DNA of 63,316 nucleotides, counting the filler, from Folioceros fuciformis (Eukaryota): NCBI GenBank assembly GCA_049999805.1. It is 8 parts of 8 records of this genome, joined end to end, with 100 filler letters (N's around TTAATTAATTAA, not from the genome) between each part and the next. Parts side by side here need not be neighbours in the genome. Positions count along the whole stretch, not along the records: positions 60,231 to 63,316 come from JBNGIO010001972.1; 7 more parts are not named here. The stretch is one strand, 5' to 3'. Made by a program: the position numbers and the translations under genes. Of this stretch, positions 62,330 through 63,316 are shown one piece after another (positions within the stretch are counted from its first letter, which is position 1; the number at the start of each line of letters is the position of its first letter). A model generated the notes under the pieces. The model made no database searches. It was not told the origin of the DNA and worked only from the letters and a program-made list of their open reading frames with translations.

Positions 62330-63316
62330 CAGAGCTCGGAAGAGGAAACCCTGACCAGCAGGAAGTGGAAGGCGGGAGCAGGCCGGAGGACCCTTGCCAA
62401 GAAAAGAAAGATAGGTGGACGAGTCACCAAAGTCTCGGGGGAATCAGCACAGTAGGAGGTTGTCCAGGAGTGGGCCAACAAGGAGTTGGAGGCACCTTAG
62501 GAAAAGATGCCAGAAGAGGAAGCGGACCCGGCTGAGGTGGTGGGTGAGTTAGGGCAAGTTCAGGAGGAGGGACCCTTCCCAGGATGGGAAGGAATTTTTA
62601 GGGGTGTCCCTCTGGTGACCAAGCTGCAGGTGAAGGACCTGGCTAGAGTGCATGCGCTATTGGGGAGATAGATCTTGGATAGGAGTATGGCTCTTGGGAG
62701 TGAGTCACAGCAGGTGGACGTGCCTGGCCTGACTACGGCGATGGTGCACGCTCAGGGGGCCATGTTGGACCAGGCTGCCAGGGCACTGACCTGGTTGAGT
62801 ATGCAGGGGGAGAAGGAGACCAAGGCCTAGGGGAAGCTAGTCAAGGCCGAAGCGAGTCAACAACAGCTGGAAGAAATTCGGCAGATCTTGAGCGCTACCA
62901 AGGAGCAAGCAGAGGTGCACGCCCGCCAAGCTTGAGAAGAAGAGCAGACGCTAAAGGAGCAACAGGAATCGCTCTTGGCTCAGGTGAGAGAGGCCCATGG
63001 GACTAACCAGGAAATGCAACAGGAATTATTGAAGGCCCAAGAATAGGAAGCGTCTGCTATGGAGAAAGTGCAAAAGCTGGCAAACAGATACAAGTAGGAA
63101 TGGGACGAAGCCTGGAGCAGAGTGAAAGGTGTGAACCTCCAAAGTTTGGGGTAGTAGTTTGTTTTGGTTGAAAAAGGGTTAATAGTGGTATGGTTTGGTT
63201 TTCTTTTTCAACTTATTTTCCCTAATTTTCCTTGATTTTCTGGTCATTTTTCCTATTTTTCTTTGTGCTAATTAAGTTAATTGACCAGGAAATAGTTGGT
63301 TTGGTTATAAGAGTGG
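62330..63316 (+). mobile_element. Decayed coiled-coil (E/Q-rich) retroelement accessory ORF plus AT-rich tail shared with 39491-39678
   Basis: Purine-rich coding-like DNA with several TAG stops; 63131-63316 is an inverted match to 39491-39678. Confidence 0.5.

Larger units (their letters stand above)
60231..62330 (-). mobile_element. Ty1/Copia 5' part: LTR (from 62151), Met-tRNA PBS, long leader and gag (61099/60997-60231, with stops)
   Basis: PBS TGGTATCATAGC (62150-62139) directly after the LTR CA end; gag FDGKQSRFESWRARMKANL...TAAEVWDQL...LRMKEGDSVGAHV...LLSSLPSSY. The LTR far end is approximate. Confidence 0.88.

Overview
Eukaryotic genomic DNA, most likely from a non-seed land plant (compact ~100-bp introns, plant-type genes, a PLS-DYW PPR relic); the species cannot be identified from sequence alone. 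The window has two parts. (1) 1-25121 is gene-rich: a divergent histone H2B, RNA polymerase subunit RPB6, a PHL/Spt20-like nuclear protein, a class III peroxidase, a plant-type RNase H1, a small likely plastid membrane protein with a GC-AG intron, and an RNase-H-like/RBR E3 ligase ending in a CCCH finger. (2) 25122-63316 is seven short contigs joined by artificial 100-bp spacers (N44-TTAATTAATTAA-N44), so adjacency across spacers is not biological. These contigs hold nested, decayed Copia and Gypsy LTR elements, pseudogenes (NOP53, PPR-DYW) and a double-dsRBD gene in repeat-rich DNA. The main finding is a decayed retroelement-like polyprotein reading Gag (2x CCHC) - aspartic protease - C5 cytosine DNA methyltransferase (26100-33202, minus). 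It is split by a Copia-derived insert with a 5-bp TSD, and removing the insert restores the frame across the junction (AVITWQP|TPQGITLVELFGG). A second, divergent fragment of the same methyltransferase family lies at 49705-50052, suggesting a multicopy family of methyltransferase-carrying retrotransposons. All motif and family calls were made by eye; no database searches were run.
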